A model generated the notes under the pieces. That model ran no database searches, had not been told where the DNA came from, and was given only the letters and a program-made list of their open reading frames with translations. The translations under genes were made by a program, and so were the position numbers. Below are positions 63,132 through 64,000 of a stretch of 64,000 nt of DNA, piece by piece. Source of the stretch: Saccharolobus solfataricus P2 (lineage in GTDB: Archaea; Thermoproteota; Thermoprotei_A; Sulfolobales; Sulfolobaceae); assembly GCF_000007005.1 (NCBI RefSeq), contig NC_002754.1; one strand, given 5' to 3'. Within the stretch, counting starts at the first letter, position 1. Each line of letters opens with the position of its first letter.

Positions 63132-63769
63132 TCTAGTGCCTCCAATAAATTACTCACCTTATTTTCCCTGATTTCGGGGTAAAACCCTAATCTATCTAAA
63201 AGTATTGCTTCAAGACCTGCTCTTTTCGCCCCAATTACGTCTATTTCATAAATATCACCTATATGAATCCCATCACTTTTAGCGATTTCCATTGCATAGG
63301 AAAATATCTTCGGGTGAGGTTTCATAATGTTTAAGTCACACGAAGCAACTATACCGTCAAAGTATTTCTTAATCCCCAGATCTTCAACTATTTTATAGAT
63401 ACTTCTAGTTGCGTTACTGACTAAGACCAATTTAAATCCAAGTCCTTTGGCTTCCTCCAAAAACGTAATAGAATCGTCATAGAGTTCGTACTCCCCAGAT
63501 AATAGGTTCTTACTATTTAATCTTGTTATTAATTGCTCATCTGGATATATATTAAGCTCATAAAACAGTTCCCTAAAATCAAAAGCTGAAAGACCTCCAT
63601 ATTCTTGACTAGGATAATGATGTTTTCCTAGAATCTTCGCAACTGCCTTGAAGACCCTCCTTTCATCTACATTATATCCAATTTCCTTAAGAGCATAAGC
63701 AATATTTTCATGATATCTAGGCTTGAAGTGCACTAGAGTTTCTCCTAAGTCTACGAATATTGTCTTCAT
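63101..63769 (-). CDS. HAD-IA hydrolase
   Basis: DLGET, VSNA, KPHPKIF and IGDIYEID motifs. Confidence 0.9.
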   Translation of the reverse strand: MKTIFVDLGETLVHFKPRYHENIAYALKEIGYNVDERRVFKAVAKILGKHHYPSQEYGGLSAFDFRELFYELNIYPDEQLITRLNSKNLLSGEYELYDDSITFLEEAKGLGFKLVLVSNATRSIYKIVEDLGIKKYFDGIVASCDLNIMKPHPKIFSYAMEIAKSDGIHIGDIYEIDVIGAKRAGLEAILLDRLGFYPEIRENKVSNLLEALELVKEKLRNS

Positions 63770-63780
63770 ATATATTCGCT

Positions 63781-64000
63781 TTACTTGTTCCTAATTAAAA
63801 ATTTTGGCATTTCAATTTTCTCAGATTTGCAAATAGGACATCTACTAGGCTTTTTTATTTTGTCAGAATTAAATACGTAACCACAGCTCTTGCACTTTGC
63901 TGGTATTATTATAAGCATATAACCTTTCCTTTTGCTTGACCTCGCCAAATGCTCTAAATGATCGTAAACTTCTTTCTCTTTCCTAACGTCCAATCTTCTC
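63781..64000 (-). CDS. HTH/zinc-ribbon regulator (COG3357-like), 5' end beyond the window
   Basis: VYDHLEHLARS...CKSCGYVF...CPICKSE motifs. Confidence 0.8.
   Translation of the reverse strand, partial: RRLDVRKEKEVYDHLEHLARSSKRKGYMLIIIPAKCKSCGYVFNSDKIKKPSRCPICKSEKIEMPKFLIRNK

Overview
AT-rich Sulfolobales (Saccharolobus solfataricus-like) chromosomal window. Identity is inferred from recognisable proteins such as Ss-LrpB and the ISC-type insertion sequences. The left ~13 kb and the 26-29 kb and 48-58 kb stretches are accessory DNA dense in IS elements, MITEs and nested remnants: two ISC1439 copies, two frameshifted ISC1316-like tnpB elements, ISC1078, an ISC1217-like element, a decayed ISC1225-like element and an SMN1-like element. 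Metabolic and transport genes lie between them: MFS, SSS and ABC transporters, an amidohydrolase, an amidase, a 1-Cys peroxiredoxin, the Ss-LrpB-controlled permease/2-oxoacid oxidoreductase cluster, glycerol kinase, peptidases, a molybdo-hydroxylase large subunit, two pilins and endonuclease IV. No tRNA, rRNA or CRISPR array was seen. The most notable observations are: (1) a zinc-finger-less TnpB-like gene in an AbrB-like/TnpB/HEPN/MNT cassette, flanked by two outward-facing homologous ~180-nt structured RNAs with covarying stems and K-turn motifs; (2) a halocin-C8-like Cys-rich archaeocin domain followed by a possible immunity gene; (3) the 'por' operon carries oxalate-oxidoreductase signatures and sits next to an oxalate/formate-antiporter-family permease; (4) a METTL5-like gene that appears to need an AUU start; (5) a shared paired-GGTACC operator upstream of two AAA-wHTH paralogues; (6) a minimal Coq7-like di-iron protein.
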